47,015 nt of DNA, taken from the NCBI GenBank assembly GCA_002269645.1, contig NIVC01004404.1, forward strand, positions 1 through 47,015, read 5' to 3'. Positions 1 through 10,017 of this stretch are shown piece after piece. Made by a program: the position numbers and the translations under genes. Source of the stretch: Macrostomum lignano. Taxonomy: Eukaryota. Under the pieces are notes generated by a model. The model did not search any database. It was not told the DNA's origin and was given only the letters and a program-made list of their open reading frames with translations. How positions within the stretch are numbered: position 1 is the stretch's first letter; each line of letters begins with the position of its first letter.

Positions 1-828
1 TTTGTACTTGCAAAATACAGCGAAGTTATAAAGCGAACGGTAAATGATTGCGAAAAAGTTAATAATTTCTAAAGTCTTTAACCTAGTAGTTTACTAGTTA
101 ATCTATCAATCAATATCAATTTGCATTGGAAATACGAGTAGGCACTCACTGACGTAGATTGAAAGTAGCTAAAGGCAAAGCCCGGTATAAATTTTATGCA
201 AATACACATATAAAATTTGGTTCATACTAATCTAGAGATTAGAGACTTACGTCCGACGACGCTCGAAACAGCAACGAGAAGGAGCAGAGCAAGAGTTGAG
301 AATTGCATGGTTGCTTTTTTGCTTCAAGAATTTGTTTTACTAGACTTATCTGTGATCGTTGAAAATTATTTGATTCGGCAGCCTTGAACCTCTCTTTCTT
401 TTATAGAGTTCGAATGCAAATTCTTGATATTAATTTGCGTCACTTGGAATAGTTTCACATTGATACTACCACGTAGAACTATCGAATAAAAAAATTTTAG
501 TGGATCAAATTTTTCTGCTAATTTAATTTTTTTTTTGAAAATTTAAGGTTAGGTTTAGGAAATAGGAATTTATCTAAAATGAATTTTGAGTAAAAAATGT
601 ATTTAAATTTATTTTTCGAATTCCTTAACTACATTTTTCCTGTATTCAGCATTTTTGGAATATATTTAATTTATTTTCTTTTTTTCTGTAAAACTGTTGC
701 TTTTATTTTATGGTAACTTGGTATTACTCTATCTTTTTTAAAATTACGGGAAAACTTGTAGATGTAAAACTTGTAGAGAACATGATGTCTTAATTACGAA
801 ATAAATGCTAATGACAAAAGGAACAGAT

Positions 829-1053
829 TGTAGCGAGCAACTCTAGCTGGTTGTTGCGAGTGTTAGTTAGCCACTCAAAAAGGTGAAGAAATAGAATGTG
901 GCTGTGCCTGTATATTTATTGTCTGGTAGAACACAGATTTCCGGTTCATTGAGTGCGCGTTGGGATGTGCTCGAGCAGAGGGAAGTGGATAGGCTGGGTG
1001 GGGGTCACGGAGTGCAAACTAGGTACCCGAACTGCCTGCCTGCGCATGCTACA
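829..1053 (-). repeat. 3' LTR of element 1
   Basis: Direct repeat of 5197-5421 (G850 vs T5218 the only difference seen); AATAAA on the minus strand; purine tract GACGAGGGA adjacent (1054-1062). Confidence 0.97.
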
Positions 1054-1182
1054 TCCCTCGTCTGGTGGATTGGAACCCGGGGTGGGGTTGGGTACAACGT
1101 TGGGTTCATGTTACGCGCGATCGAGCAATCAGTATCAGTCATTAGAGTCAATGATCAGTCCTTGCTGCTGTTCCGCCAGCTG

Positions 1183-1665
1183 TCAGATGTCCAGAGCCTT
1201 TCGCCGGTCTCCCTCTTCGTAGCGTTTCGGCGTCTCCTTGGCCTGTCGGGGATGCGGCCTGTTGGCGAGTGGGACGTCCTGGTTGCCGGTTGGCTCGGGC
1301 GGGCCGGTTGGTTCATCCGGCCGGCTGTCCTGTTCGCTGTCGCGTTCTCCGGGGTCACCCGGCCACTCGTCGGCTGTCTGGGAGACTCGCTTGACGTGGC
1401 TGGCGTGCCTGGAGCACCTCTGGCCGGCCCGTTGGAGCTGCAGGGTGTTGCCGCGGACTTCTGTCACGGTCCATGGCGAGGCCTCGAAGAAGGGGTCGGT
1501 CTTGCTGCGGTTGGTGAGCCGGCGGAGTACGAGGTCGCCTACGGTGATCTGGTGGTCGGTGGCGCCCCTCTTGCTGTCGGCGAAGGCCTTCATCCGCTCC
1601 TTCGCCCTGGAGTCGTGGCCGCGGACGGTCTGTCGCCTGGCGTCAACCGGCCGGGAGTGGCGCAA
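1183..1665 (-). pseudogene. Integrase C-terminal domain of element 1, out of frame with gag-pol
   Basis: Aligns with the in-frame C-terminus of element 3 (GDLVLRR/GDKVLRR, PWTVTEV, RHASHVKR/RHASDVKR); separated from the main ORF by a 4-bp duplication at 1662-1671. Confidence 0.9.
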
Positions 1666-4600
1666 GCAAGCTGGGGATCGTGTCGTTGAGCTGTCGGCCG
1701 AATAGCAGGTCGGCTGGGGCCATGCCGGTTTCTGCGTGCGGTGTTCGCCGGTATGCAGCCAGGTAGTCGTCCAGTGCCGCCTGCCAGTCGCTGCCTTCCA
1801 GAATCGCCGCTCTGATTGCCTTATTGAGGCCTCGGTTGCATCGCTCTACGAGTCCGTTGGCTTGGGGATGCAGCGGCGTAGTCCGATGGTGGTGGACGCC
1901 CTGGCTGCGCAGGAAGGCGTTGAATTCTGCGGACGAGAATGGCGGGCCGTTGTCGGTGGTGATCTTGACTGGCTGGCCGAACGTGCTGAACCACTGGCGG
2001 AGGGTTCGGATGACCGGAGCTGCCGCTGTCGACCCCGACATCGTCTGTACCAGTGGGAAACGTGAAAAATAGTCGGTGCACACCAGCAGCATGTGGCCTC
2101 TGATCGGTCCCAGGAAGTCCAGGCCCAGCTCTAGCCACGGCCCCTGCGGCAGCTCAGTCGGCTGAAGTGGGGCTGCCTTCAATTCGGCTGTGTTCGTGCA
2201 GGCCTTGCAGCTGAGGCAGGAGTTTACGAAGTTCTCGACGGAGGCCCGCATTGAGGGCCACCAGACCTTTGTCTGGAGGCGTGCCAATGTTTTCTGGACA
2301 CCCAGGTGGCCTTGGTGCGCCAGCTGCAGGCAGCGGTAGCGCATAATAGCAGGAACGACGATTTGGTGCCCTTTGAGCAGGAGTCCGTCGTGTTGTGAGA
2401 GCTCGTGCCGCAGGCCGTGCAGGCTGCGCGTGTCGTGGCTATCGAGTTGCCACCGACGGGACCGGAGCCCGGATACGGCGGCTTGGATCGCCTTGTCGCC
2501 TGCGGCGGCAACCTTGATCGTTTCGAGGCTGATGCTGTTCGGTGCTGCTGCCTGTGCTGTCATTGCGATGTAAGCCGTGTCGAGATCCTCACCCTGGTTG
2601 TTCGGCTGTGTTGGACGTGGCTGGCGGCTCAGGACATCTGCCGGGTTGTCTGCGCCCGGCTGGTAGGTGACTTCGAAGTGGAGATCCTGCAGCCGAAGTG
2701 CCATGCGCTCGATCCGTGGCGGGGGCCGCGAGCCGGGGCTGAGCAGGCTGACCAGCGGCTTGTGGTCGGTGATGACCTTGAACTTTGGGCAGCCGCTGAG
2801 GTAGTGGTGGAACTTGAGGCACCCGAATTTGACGGCCAGCGCCTCCCTCTCTGTTTGCGAGTAGCGCTGCTCGGTGTCACTGAGGCTGCGGCTGGCGTAG
2901 GCGATTGGCCTGGTGAGGCCGCCAGGTTGCACCTGGGCGAGGATCGCCCCGAGGCCGGTCGGGCTGGCGTCGACGATCAGCCTGGTCTCGCAGTTCTTGC
3001 TGAAGAAGGCAAGCGTGGTGCTGTGAGCGATCGACTGCTTGATTGTCTGAAAGGCTGAGGCTTGCTGTGGACCCCACGACCATTTCACGTTCTTCTTGGT
3101 CAGCTCTCGAAGTGGCCTCGCTTTGTCGGCGAGGTTTGGGATGAAGCAGGCTACGAATGTGACGAGTCCGAGAAAGGACCGCACCTCCGTTGCATTTTCT
3201 GGTCGCTTGAAGTTGGCCACAGCTTCCAGCTTTTCCTCGGTCGGTTGGATTCCGGCCGCCGAGAGGCGCATGGCCAGGAAGTCGGCCTGCTGGGTTGCAA
3301 TGCGGCATTTGCGGGGGTTCAGAGTCACGTTGTGTTGGCGCAGCCTGTCAAGGCAGTTGCGCAGCCTCTCGTTGTGCTCCTTTATGGTGCTGGCGAAGAT
3401 AATGATATCGTCATGGACCCACCGCACGCCTCTCAAACCGCTCAGGATAGATGTCATGACGCGCTCTAGGATTTCAGATGCTGAGGTAAATCCCATGCAA
3501 AGGCGCTTGAGGCGGAGCAGGCCCAGAGGCGTTGAGAAAGTGAGCAGCTGCCGGGACTCCTCGCTGACCTCGATCTGGTGGAAGGCCTTGGCAACGTCTA
3601 GTTCGGAGAAATAGGTGGAGCCGGCCATCTCGTCGGTGACTTCTTCGAATGTCGGTATTGGCTGCTTTTCTGGAATGACGTACTTATTGACGTCCCTCAG
3701 GTCCTGCGTGATGCGGATTTCGCCTGGCGAGGCCTTTGGAACGACCACCATGCGTGAACTCCAAGCGCTGGGCCCCGTCACTCGCTCCAGGATGCCGGCT
3801 GCTAGCTGGCCCTTCAGCTCCTTTTCCACGGCGGTTCGAAGATGCACTGGAACTCGAGACGGAGGGTGGCAGACTGGCACCGCTTCTTCCTTCAGCTGGA
3901 TGCTGACTGAGACGCCCTTGATGCAACCGATTCCTTGAAACCTGTCGCTGAACTCCTTCATGATCGATGACAGTCGCAAGTCTTGCGGAAGGTACAGGTC
4001 GTTAACCGTTGGTGTCAGTCCGGCGGTGAGAGCTGTCTCGGCCTGCGGTCCGACCCTCAGCATCCCCACCTGCGTGCTTGTCTCGCGGCCTAGGATGGTG
4101 ATGCAGTCCTCTCTGATGACGATGAAGCGCACTCTCTCCGAGTTGCCGTTGATCTTCGTGTGAAGAGTGATCTGGCCAGCGGGTGTCAGGGGCCTCGCTG
4201 CTCCGAGAGGATAGACCCTCGTGTGCGTGGGCTGAAGCGCCCGCTCGGGTGCTCCCGTTAGATGAAGGGTCCGCTGGCTGAGCACGTTGCAGCTCGCACC
4301 GCTGTCGATCAGGACGGGTACGTTCGCGCCGTTGATGACCGCTTTGAAGGTGGCGCTTTTGCGGCTGGAGTCGAGGCTGGAGAATACCGCCTCCGCCAGG
4401 TGCGCCACTGCTGGTTCCTCTGGCTCAGGCTCTGCCATGTTAATGCGTGCGCGGCCGCTTAGGCAGGCCTTCGCCAGGTGGTGCAGCTTGCCGCAGTTAC
4501 TGCAGCGCTTGCCTTGGGCCCGGTTGCAAGTGCGGTGGCCGGGCTCTCCGCACCGCAGGCATTTGTCGGCCGGGCTGGCTGGCGGGCGCCTGGTGGGGCG

Positions 4601-5173
4601 CTTGTCGCGTGCCGCATGTACTTCTTCAGCTGGTCCGGCTGCCGAGCGCTCCATGATTGCCGCTTGCTGGCTGGCTGCTTCGTTTGTTCTCGCCAGCTGG
4701 AGGGCATCGGGGAGGCTGATGTTGGGCACGTTGAGCAGCCGCTTTCGGAGGGATTCATTGCGGCAGCAGGCGACGATCTGGTCGCGGATGAGGGACTGGC
4801 GCAGCTCTCCGAACTGGCAGGCCTCAGCCGCGTTGCACAGTCGGTTGTACCAGCTGTCGATACCTTCGCCGTCTAGCTGCGTGCACTGGCGGAATTGGTA
4901 CCGGGTGAACACCACATTGTCGCGTCCTTGAAAGTGCTGAGTTAGCGCCGCTATGAGTGAGTCAAGCGTTTGCTGCTCCGGCTGGTCAGTGGCGGGACGC
5001 GTCTGTGAGATCTCTTTAAAGATGTCTGCAACCTCTTTTCCCGCGGTATACAGGAGGATTTCCTGCTTCTGGGCGTCGTCCGAGATTCCTGATGCTGCCA
5101 GCGCTTGCTGACGGTGTGGGGGGTCCGCGCTAATGCTGAATGCGGATGGCGGCTGTAGCTGTAGTAGCGCCAT
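1643..5173 (-). CDS. Gag-Pol polyprotein of element 1 (1176 aa, truncated by frameshift)
   Basis: Two Cys/His knuckles, protease LIDSGAS, RT WVHDD, RNase H (VDAS, EREAL, TDHKPL), integrase HHCC and D,D35E motifs. Confidence 0.95.
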   Translation of the reverse strand: MALLQLQPPSAFSISADPPHRQQALAASGISDDAQKQEILLYTAGKEVADIFKEISQTRPATDQPEQQTLDSLIAALTQHFQGRDNVVFTRYQFRQCTQLDGEGIDSWYNRLCNAAEACQFGELRQSLIRDQIVACCRNESLRKRLLNVPNISLPDALQLARTNEAASQQAAIMERSAAGPAEEVHAARDKRPTRRPPASPADKCLRCGEPGHRTCNRAQGKRCSNCGKLHHLAKACLSGRARINMAEPEPEEPAVAHLAEAVFSSLDSSRKSATFKAVINGANVPVLIDSGASCNVLSQRTLHLTGAPERALQPTHTRVYPLGAARPLTPAGQITLHTKINGNSERVRFIVIREDCITILGRETSTQVGMLRVGPQAETALTAGLTPTVNDLYLPQDLRLSSIMKEFSDRFQGIGCIKGVSVSIQLKEEAVPVCHPPSRVPVHLRTAVEKELKGQLAAGILERVTGPSAWSSRMVVVPKASPGEIRITQDLRDVNKYVIPEKQPIPTFEEVTDEMAGSTYFSELDVAKAFHQIEVSEESRQLLTFSTPLGLLRLKRLCMGFTSASEILERVMTSILSGLRGVRWVHDDIIIFASTIKEHNERLRNCLDRLRQHNVTLNPRKCRIATQQADFLAMRLSAAGIQPTEEKLEAVANFKRPENATEVRSFLGLVTFVACFIPNLADKARPLRELTKKNVKWSWGPQQASAFQTIKQSIAHSTTLAFFSKNCETRLIVDASPTGLGAILAQVQPGGLTRPIAYASRSLSDTEQRYSQTEREALAVKFGCLKFHHYLSGCPKFKVITDHKPLVSLLSPGSRPPPRIERMALRLQDLHFEVTYQPGADNPADVLSRQPRPTQPNNQGEDLDTAYIAMTAQAAAPNSISLETIKVAAAGDKAIQAAVSGLRSRRWQLDSHDTRSLHGLRHELSQHDGLLLKGHQIVVPAIMRYRCLQLAHQGHLGVQKTLARLQTKVWWPSMRASVENFVNSCLSCKACTNTAELKAAPLQPTELPQGPWLELGLDFLGPIRGHMLLVCTDYFSRFPLVQTMSGSTAAAPVIRTLRQWFSTFGQPVKITTDNGPPFSSAEFNAFLRSQGVHHHRTTPLHPQANGLVERCNRGLNKAIRAAILEGSDWQAALDDYLAAYRRTPHAETGMAPADLLFGRQLNDTIPSLLAPLPAG

Positions 5174-5183
5174 TGGGTTCTGG

Positions 5184-5195
5184 CTTGTGACGCCA
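5184..5195 (-). promoter_or_regulatory. Primer binding site of element 1 (TGGCGTCACAAG)
   Basis: Starts with TGG one base inside the 5' LTR boundary, complementary to a tRNA CCA end; priming tRNA not identified. Confidence 0.85.
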
Positions 5196-5196
5196 A

Positions 5197-5421
5197 TGTA
5201 GCGAGCAACTCTAGCTGTTTGTTGCGAGTGTTAGTTAGCCACTCAAAAAGGTGAAGAAATAGAATGTGGCTGTGCCTGTATATTTATTGTCTGGTAGAAC
5301 ACAGATTTCCGGTTCATTGAGTGCGCGTTGGGATGTGCTCGAGCAGAGGGAAGTGGATAGGCTGGGTGGGGGTCACGGAGTGCAAACTAGGTACCCGAAC
5401 TGCCTGCCTGCGCATGCTACA
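5197..5421 (-). repeat. 5' LTR of element 1
   Basis: Direct repeat of 829-1053. Confidence 0.97.
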
Positions 5422-5654
5422 CAGATGATGTAAATAGATTTAGCTGATGTCTAGTGTAATTATCGTGGATAAGCGCCATTTAAGGTACACCCGTTCTCAG
5501 AGTACGAATTAAGAGCTATATATGCATGTCTACCTCTAGTGACATTGCCATAAGGGAATGGTATCGGTTTAGATACGGGTTAAAACCGCTGCTTTGTAGG
5601 TGGTAAAACAAATCTAGCCTAATTAGCAAGTTTAGCACATTGTACAGAGTTCGT

Positions 5655-5886
5655 TCGAGGGGGTTCGATTCCCGATATCACTCGGAACAATTTGTGTCCT
5701 TGAGCAAGACACTTAACTCTGCATTGCTTCAGTTCACCCAGCTGTAAAATGGGTGCCAGCATTAGCTGGGGTAATTGAGGGGATGTGGTGACCCCCCCCC
5801 AGTCCTTGGACTGAACAGCCGTACGCAGCCTTCAGACTCGCCGCGCAATAGTTGCGCTATTGCGTAAATTATTATTTATTATTATT
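5655..5886 (+). mobile_element. tRNA-derived SINE with CORE/Meta-like central domain and (TTA)n tail, head degenerate
   Basis: B-box GGTTCGATTCCC (5662-5673); GTGTCCTTGAGCAAGACACTTAACTCT...CTGTAAAATGGG resembles the CORE/Meta SINE domains; TTA-repeat tail. Confidence 0.75.
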
Positions 5887-6204
5887 ACAGCGTGCAATAA
5901 AATATTAGAAATCAAAGCACCAGCACTGCGTTTTCGTCGTTAAGATTTTGAAAACAAAAACAATACAAGGACCACTAGAAGTTACAACGGTAATAGTGGT
6001 CCTTGTAACAATATTGTGGGGACATACGTACCATATTATAAAAAAAACGATTTAACCAGCCTTGTAGACCAACGCGATGCGTAGAAAAGTTTGAAACCCA
6101 CAAACGCAATTTGAAAACCAGCTCGTAGTGGACGGTTAAAATAAAAATTAGACTGTAATTAATTCACTGTAGCTCTCTGTTGCCGCCCGAACCCCGCACC
6201 GCAG

Positions 6205-6295
6205 TACGGCCAGCTGTCTACGCAGATGTCGGGAATCTACAGCACCGCTCAAGTGCCCCACCCAGACACTGGCAAAATGATGCAGCTGGATCCAG
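6205..6295 (+). CDS. ACE: ACE-like (peptidase M2) internal exon
   Basis: AG acceptor, reads YGQLSTQMSGIYSTAQVPHPDTGKMMQLDP (cf. ACE MSRIYSTAKV...LEP), phase-1 GTGAG donor. Confidence 0.85.
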
Positions 6296-6448
6296 GTGAG
6301 ACCGATTGTTTATTTGCTAGTTTGCGATACCGTGCGTTCACCCCCGAAGACGCTCCTCCTTCTATGAAAAAATCCGTGATGAGTCAATTGACAGGAATCC
6401 ACCTACAGTGCAGTTAGCAGTCCATGAACCGCCGCCCGCCCGCCACAG

Positions 6449-6894
6449 ACATCACAGACGCCCTGGCTGATCCGAACGAGTCGGAGCGGGTGAAGCGTGC
6501 CCTCTGGCAGGGCTGGCGGGACGCCTCCGGCAAGCGAATGCGCCAGAACTACACGGACTTTGTGACCATGGGAAACTTGATGATCCGCGAGGCCGGATAA
6601 GCAACATCGCCCAGTACTGGCAGTCCTGGTACGAGCCACGGCCCGGACAGAACTTCATGAATATGATGGCCAAGCTGTGGGGACGTGGCGCTGCCCTTCT
6701 ATCAGCAGCTGCACGCCTACGTCCGTCGGAAGCTGAGGGACAAGTACGGCGCAGAGCTGTTCCCTGAGACCGGGCATATACCGGCTCATCTGCTGGGCAA
6801 CATGTGGGCCCAGAGCTGGTTCAATGTGGAGAACTTGACCACCCCGTTTCCCGATCTCAGCACAGTGGACATCACGGAGAAAATGAATAAGCTG
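6449..6894 (+). pseudogene. ACE: ACE-like internal exon with two frameshifts (real lesions or assembly errors)
   Basis: Reads DIT..LWQGWRDASGK..G[fs]YSNIAQYWQSWYE..KLW[fs]..PFYQQLHAYVRRKL..GHIPAHLLGNMWAQSW..; TAA at 6598-6600, second shift near 6679-6684; GTGAG donor at 6895. Confidence 0.88.
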
Positions 6895-7006
6895 GTGAGA
6901 GCTGAGAATGTATCAAATATTATATCATGCAATTATATGCATACTAAAATAATTGAATACATACAATACCTGAGCCGCCGGGATATAATGCAGGGCATTT
7001 AAGAAA

Positions 7007-7229
7007 TGACAATCACCCCACATTGAGTTCCAATTGACAATCACACCACATTGAGTTCCAATTGACAATCACACCACATTGAGTTCCAATTGACAATCAC
7101 CCAGCATTGAGTTCCAATTGACAATCACACCACATTGAGCTCCAATTGACAATCACCGCACATTGAGTTCCAATTGACAATCACCCCATATTGAGTTCCA
7201 ATTGACAATCACACCACATTGAGTTCCAA
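7007..7229. repeat. 28-bp minisatellite, about 8 copies
   Basis: Unit GACAATCACACCACATTGAGTTCCAATT. Confidence 0.95.
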
Positions 7230-7452
7230 CTAGCAATCTACGCCCCCGTTGGGGAGCCAAAGAAATGCAATACACGTTTTTTTTAATAAGCTACATGTAT
7301 CCTTGAAATCTTAAAAAATCTCCTGTCAAACCTTGTAAGCCTTGACATGTCAGTAATTCCCCCCCACAAGCTTTAACATATCAACTTCCCCCCTTGACAT
7401 CTCAGCAATGCCCCCAATAAGCCTTGGAAATCTAAAAATACCTGTCAACCTT

Positions 7453-7571
7453 CTAACCCTAACCCTAGCCTAACCCTAACCCTAACCCTAGCCTAACCCT
7501 AACCCTAACCCTAACCCTAGCCTAACCCTAACCCTAACCCTAACCCTAACCCTAACCCTAACCTAACCCTA
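7453..7571. repeat. Interstitial (CCCTAA)n telomere-like tract with CCTAG variants
   Basis: About 120 bp of CCCTAA units; degenerate counterpart near 7940-7992. Confidence 0.92.
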
Positions 7572-8384
7572 AAGCATTGAAATTTCAGTAATTCTCTCTA
7601 AGAGTCATTATAGCACTACTACAGCATTATAGCGATTCCCTGCAAGCCTCGACATCGTAGGGATTCCCAAATGAATCTCTTAACTTCGACATGAAGCTTC
7701 TTTTATTTTTTACATTACGCTTTTTTATCAGCGATCCCTCCCCTGAGGAGGCATCAAATAATGTAATAAAAAGTTTTCAATAAACTACATGTAGCTTCTG
7801 ACTTTAGCCTTGAAATCTCATTTATACCCCCGTGAGCCTTGACATCTCAGCTATTCCCCCGTAAGCCTTGACATGTCAGCAATGGCCCCCATAAACCTTG
7901 AAATCTAAAAAATCCCCTGTTAACCTTGAAACCCGCTAAAATCTAACCCTCAACCCAAACCTGACTTAAACCTAACTTTAACCCAACCTAAAACCTTGAA
8001 ATCTCAGCAATTCTTCTCCCCTAAGCCTTGACATTTTAGTGATTCCTTCTTTAAGAATCACAGCACTATAACGATTTCCACCAAGCTTTGACATCGTAGC
8101 AATTCCCAAATGAATCTTTTAACTTCGCCATGACTTTTCTTTTATGTATACATAGTGCTTCTTTTCTTTTTTACATGACTCTTCTTCTATCAGCGCCCCC
8201 CCCCGTGGCGAGCCAACAAAGAATGCAATAAAAAAATTGAGTAAAGTACATGAACTTTGAAGTAGCTTCTGAATTTTGCTTTGACATCTCAGAAACCCCC
8301 CCCCCGTAATCTTAGTTATTCTCTGAGAGCCTTTACGTCTCAGTTTTTCTCCCCAGCACAGCATTATAGCTGCATTTAATTTTT

Positions 8385-9285
8385 ACATGACACCCTTCAT
8401 GTCTGACATGACGCTTCTTTTATTCTACCATGATGCTTCTTAATTTTTTACATGACGCTTTCATGATTTTTTACATGACGCTTCCATGATTTTTTACATA
8501 CGCTTCTATGATTGTTTACATGACACTTCTATGATTTTTTCATGACGCTCCTATGATTTTTTTCATGACGCTTCTATGATTTTTTCATGACGCTTCTATG
8601 CTTTTTACATGACGCTTCTATGCTTTTTACATGACGCTTCTATGATTGTTTACATGACGCTTCTATGATTTTTTCATGACGCTCTTATGATTTTTTCATG
8701 ACGCTTCTATGACTTTTTAGATGACGCTTCGATGATTGTTTACATGACGCTTCTATGATTTTTTACATGACGCTTCTATGATTTTTTACATGACGCTTCT
8801 ATGATTGTTTACATGACGCTTCTATGATTTTTACATGACGCTTCTATGCTTTTTACATGACGCTTCTATGATTATATCATGACGCTTCTACGATTTCTGC
8901 AGGACGCTTCTATGATTTTTACATGACGCTTTTATGATTTTTACATGACGCTTCTATGATTGTTTACATGACGCTTCTATGCTTTTTACATGACGCTTCT
9001 ATGAATGTTTACATGACGCTTCTATGATTTTTACATAACGCTTCTATGATTGTTTACAGGACGCTTCTATGATTTTTACATGACGCTTCTATGATTTTTT
9101 ACATGACGCTTCTATGATTGTTTATATGACGCTTCTATGATTGTTTATATGACGCTTCTATGCTTTTCACATGACGCTTCTATGATTGTTTATATGACAC
9201 TTCTATGATTGTTTATATGACGCATTTATGATTGTTTACATGACGCTTTTATGATTTTTTTTTCATGACGCTTCCACGATTTTTT
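8385..9285. repeat. 21-23-bp minisatellite, about 40 copies
   Basis: Unit ACATGACGCTTCTATGATTTTT with variable T run. Confidence 0.95.
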
Positions 9286-9815
9286 AGTTTTCTTGGCGGT
9301 AAAAAGCTTTAACTAAAAAAACTCCACTCTCTAAAAATTTGAACCATCGTCCCTGCATTTAGCAGTTCAGTCTGTTTACCTAGGCTAGCTCTCATCGTTT
9401 TGATAACATGAATTTTAGCACTTATAATTATAAGTTTCAAAACTCTAAGCATAAGAGTAAATCACACGAGGCAGTTATGACATAATCAATTTCTCAGTCA
9501 GTCAGTATCAGTTAACAATATGGTTACGCAATTTAAATCAAGTCTGGTGCTACGCTTCCACACTGCATTTTCAATACTGTGACGCAATTCAAGTCGGAGT
9601 TACAATTCAGTTATGATGCAATCTGTTTCAGAATCTGAATTCAACCAGTCAGTTTTTTCTCTACCATTCTTACAATGCATTTCAAGTCGAAAAGTTTGCT
9701 TGACCTTTGCAAAAAAGCATGTTTTTCGAATATTTAATGCCTTTAGCATCGAGCAATTTGTTAGCCAAGACACATGTACCGTCACAGGAAAATTTCTGAT
9801 CGAACAGTGCAAGTC

Positions 9816-9882
9816 TCATGAAAATCGGTTAAGCCATTCTGGAGATAATCGATTGCGTACAAACATACAAGATTTTCATTTT
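9816..9882 (-). pseudogene. Possible degenerate hAT transposase C-terminal dimerisation remnant
   Basis: KMKIL..[fs]VRNRLSPEWLNR resembles the hAT FSxMKxxKxxxRNRLS motif; short and frameshifted. Confidence 0.3.
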
Positions 9883-10017
9883 TAGTATATAGGACTAGCA
9901 ATCTTCGCCCCCCGATGGGGGACATCTAAATAGAATATCTGTTCTCTAAAAGTAACAAAAAGACAGCGAAATAAAGCTTTCACAAAGACAACAGACATTC
10001 CATCTGTAAAGAAAACA

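Larger units (their letters stand above)
829..5421 (-). mobile_element. Full-length Ty3/Gypsy (Mag-like) LTR retrotransposon, element 1
   Basis: Two 225-bp TG..CA LTRs (829-1053, 5197-5421) differing at one base; 5-bp TSD CAGAT (824-828 and 5422-5426); PBS, PPT and gag-PR-RT-RH-IN order on the minus strand. Confidence 0.97.
7230..9290 (-). mobile_element. Putative non-autonomous Helitron-like element A (3' end defined, right boundary approximate)
   Basis: On the minus strand, a GC hairpin then CTAG followed by T (7230-7233); same terminal sequence as at 9895; internal ~480-bp triplication, telomere-like tract and minisatellite. Confidence 0.55.

Noticed and set aside
898-1689. 263-aa antisense ORF and many other shadow ORFs within the three Gypsy elements
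   Set aside because: Expected in GC-rich coding DNA; no recognisable motifs, and no counterpart in the related element 3
5655-5690. tRNA gene
   Set aside because: B-box only; no cloverleaf, and it is followed by a SINE core and tail
7453-7571. True chromosome end or fusion site
   Set aside because: Short, one orientation only, and embedded in a repeated unit with a degenerate paralogue
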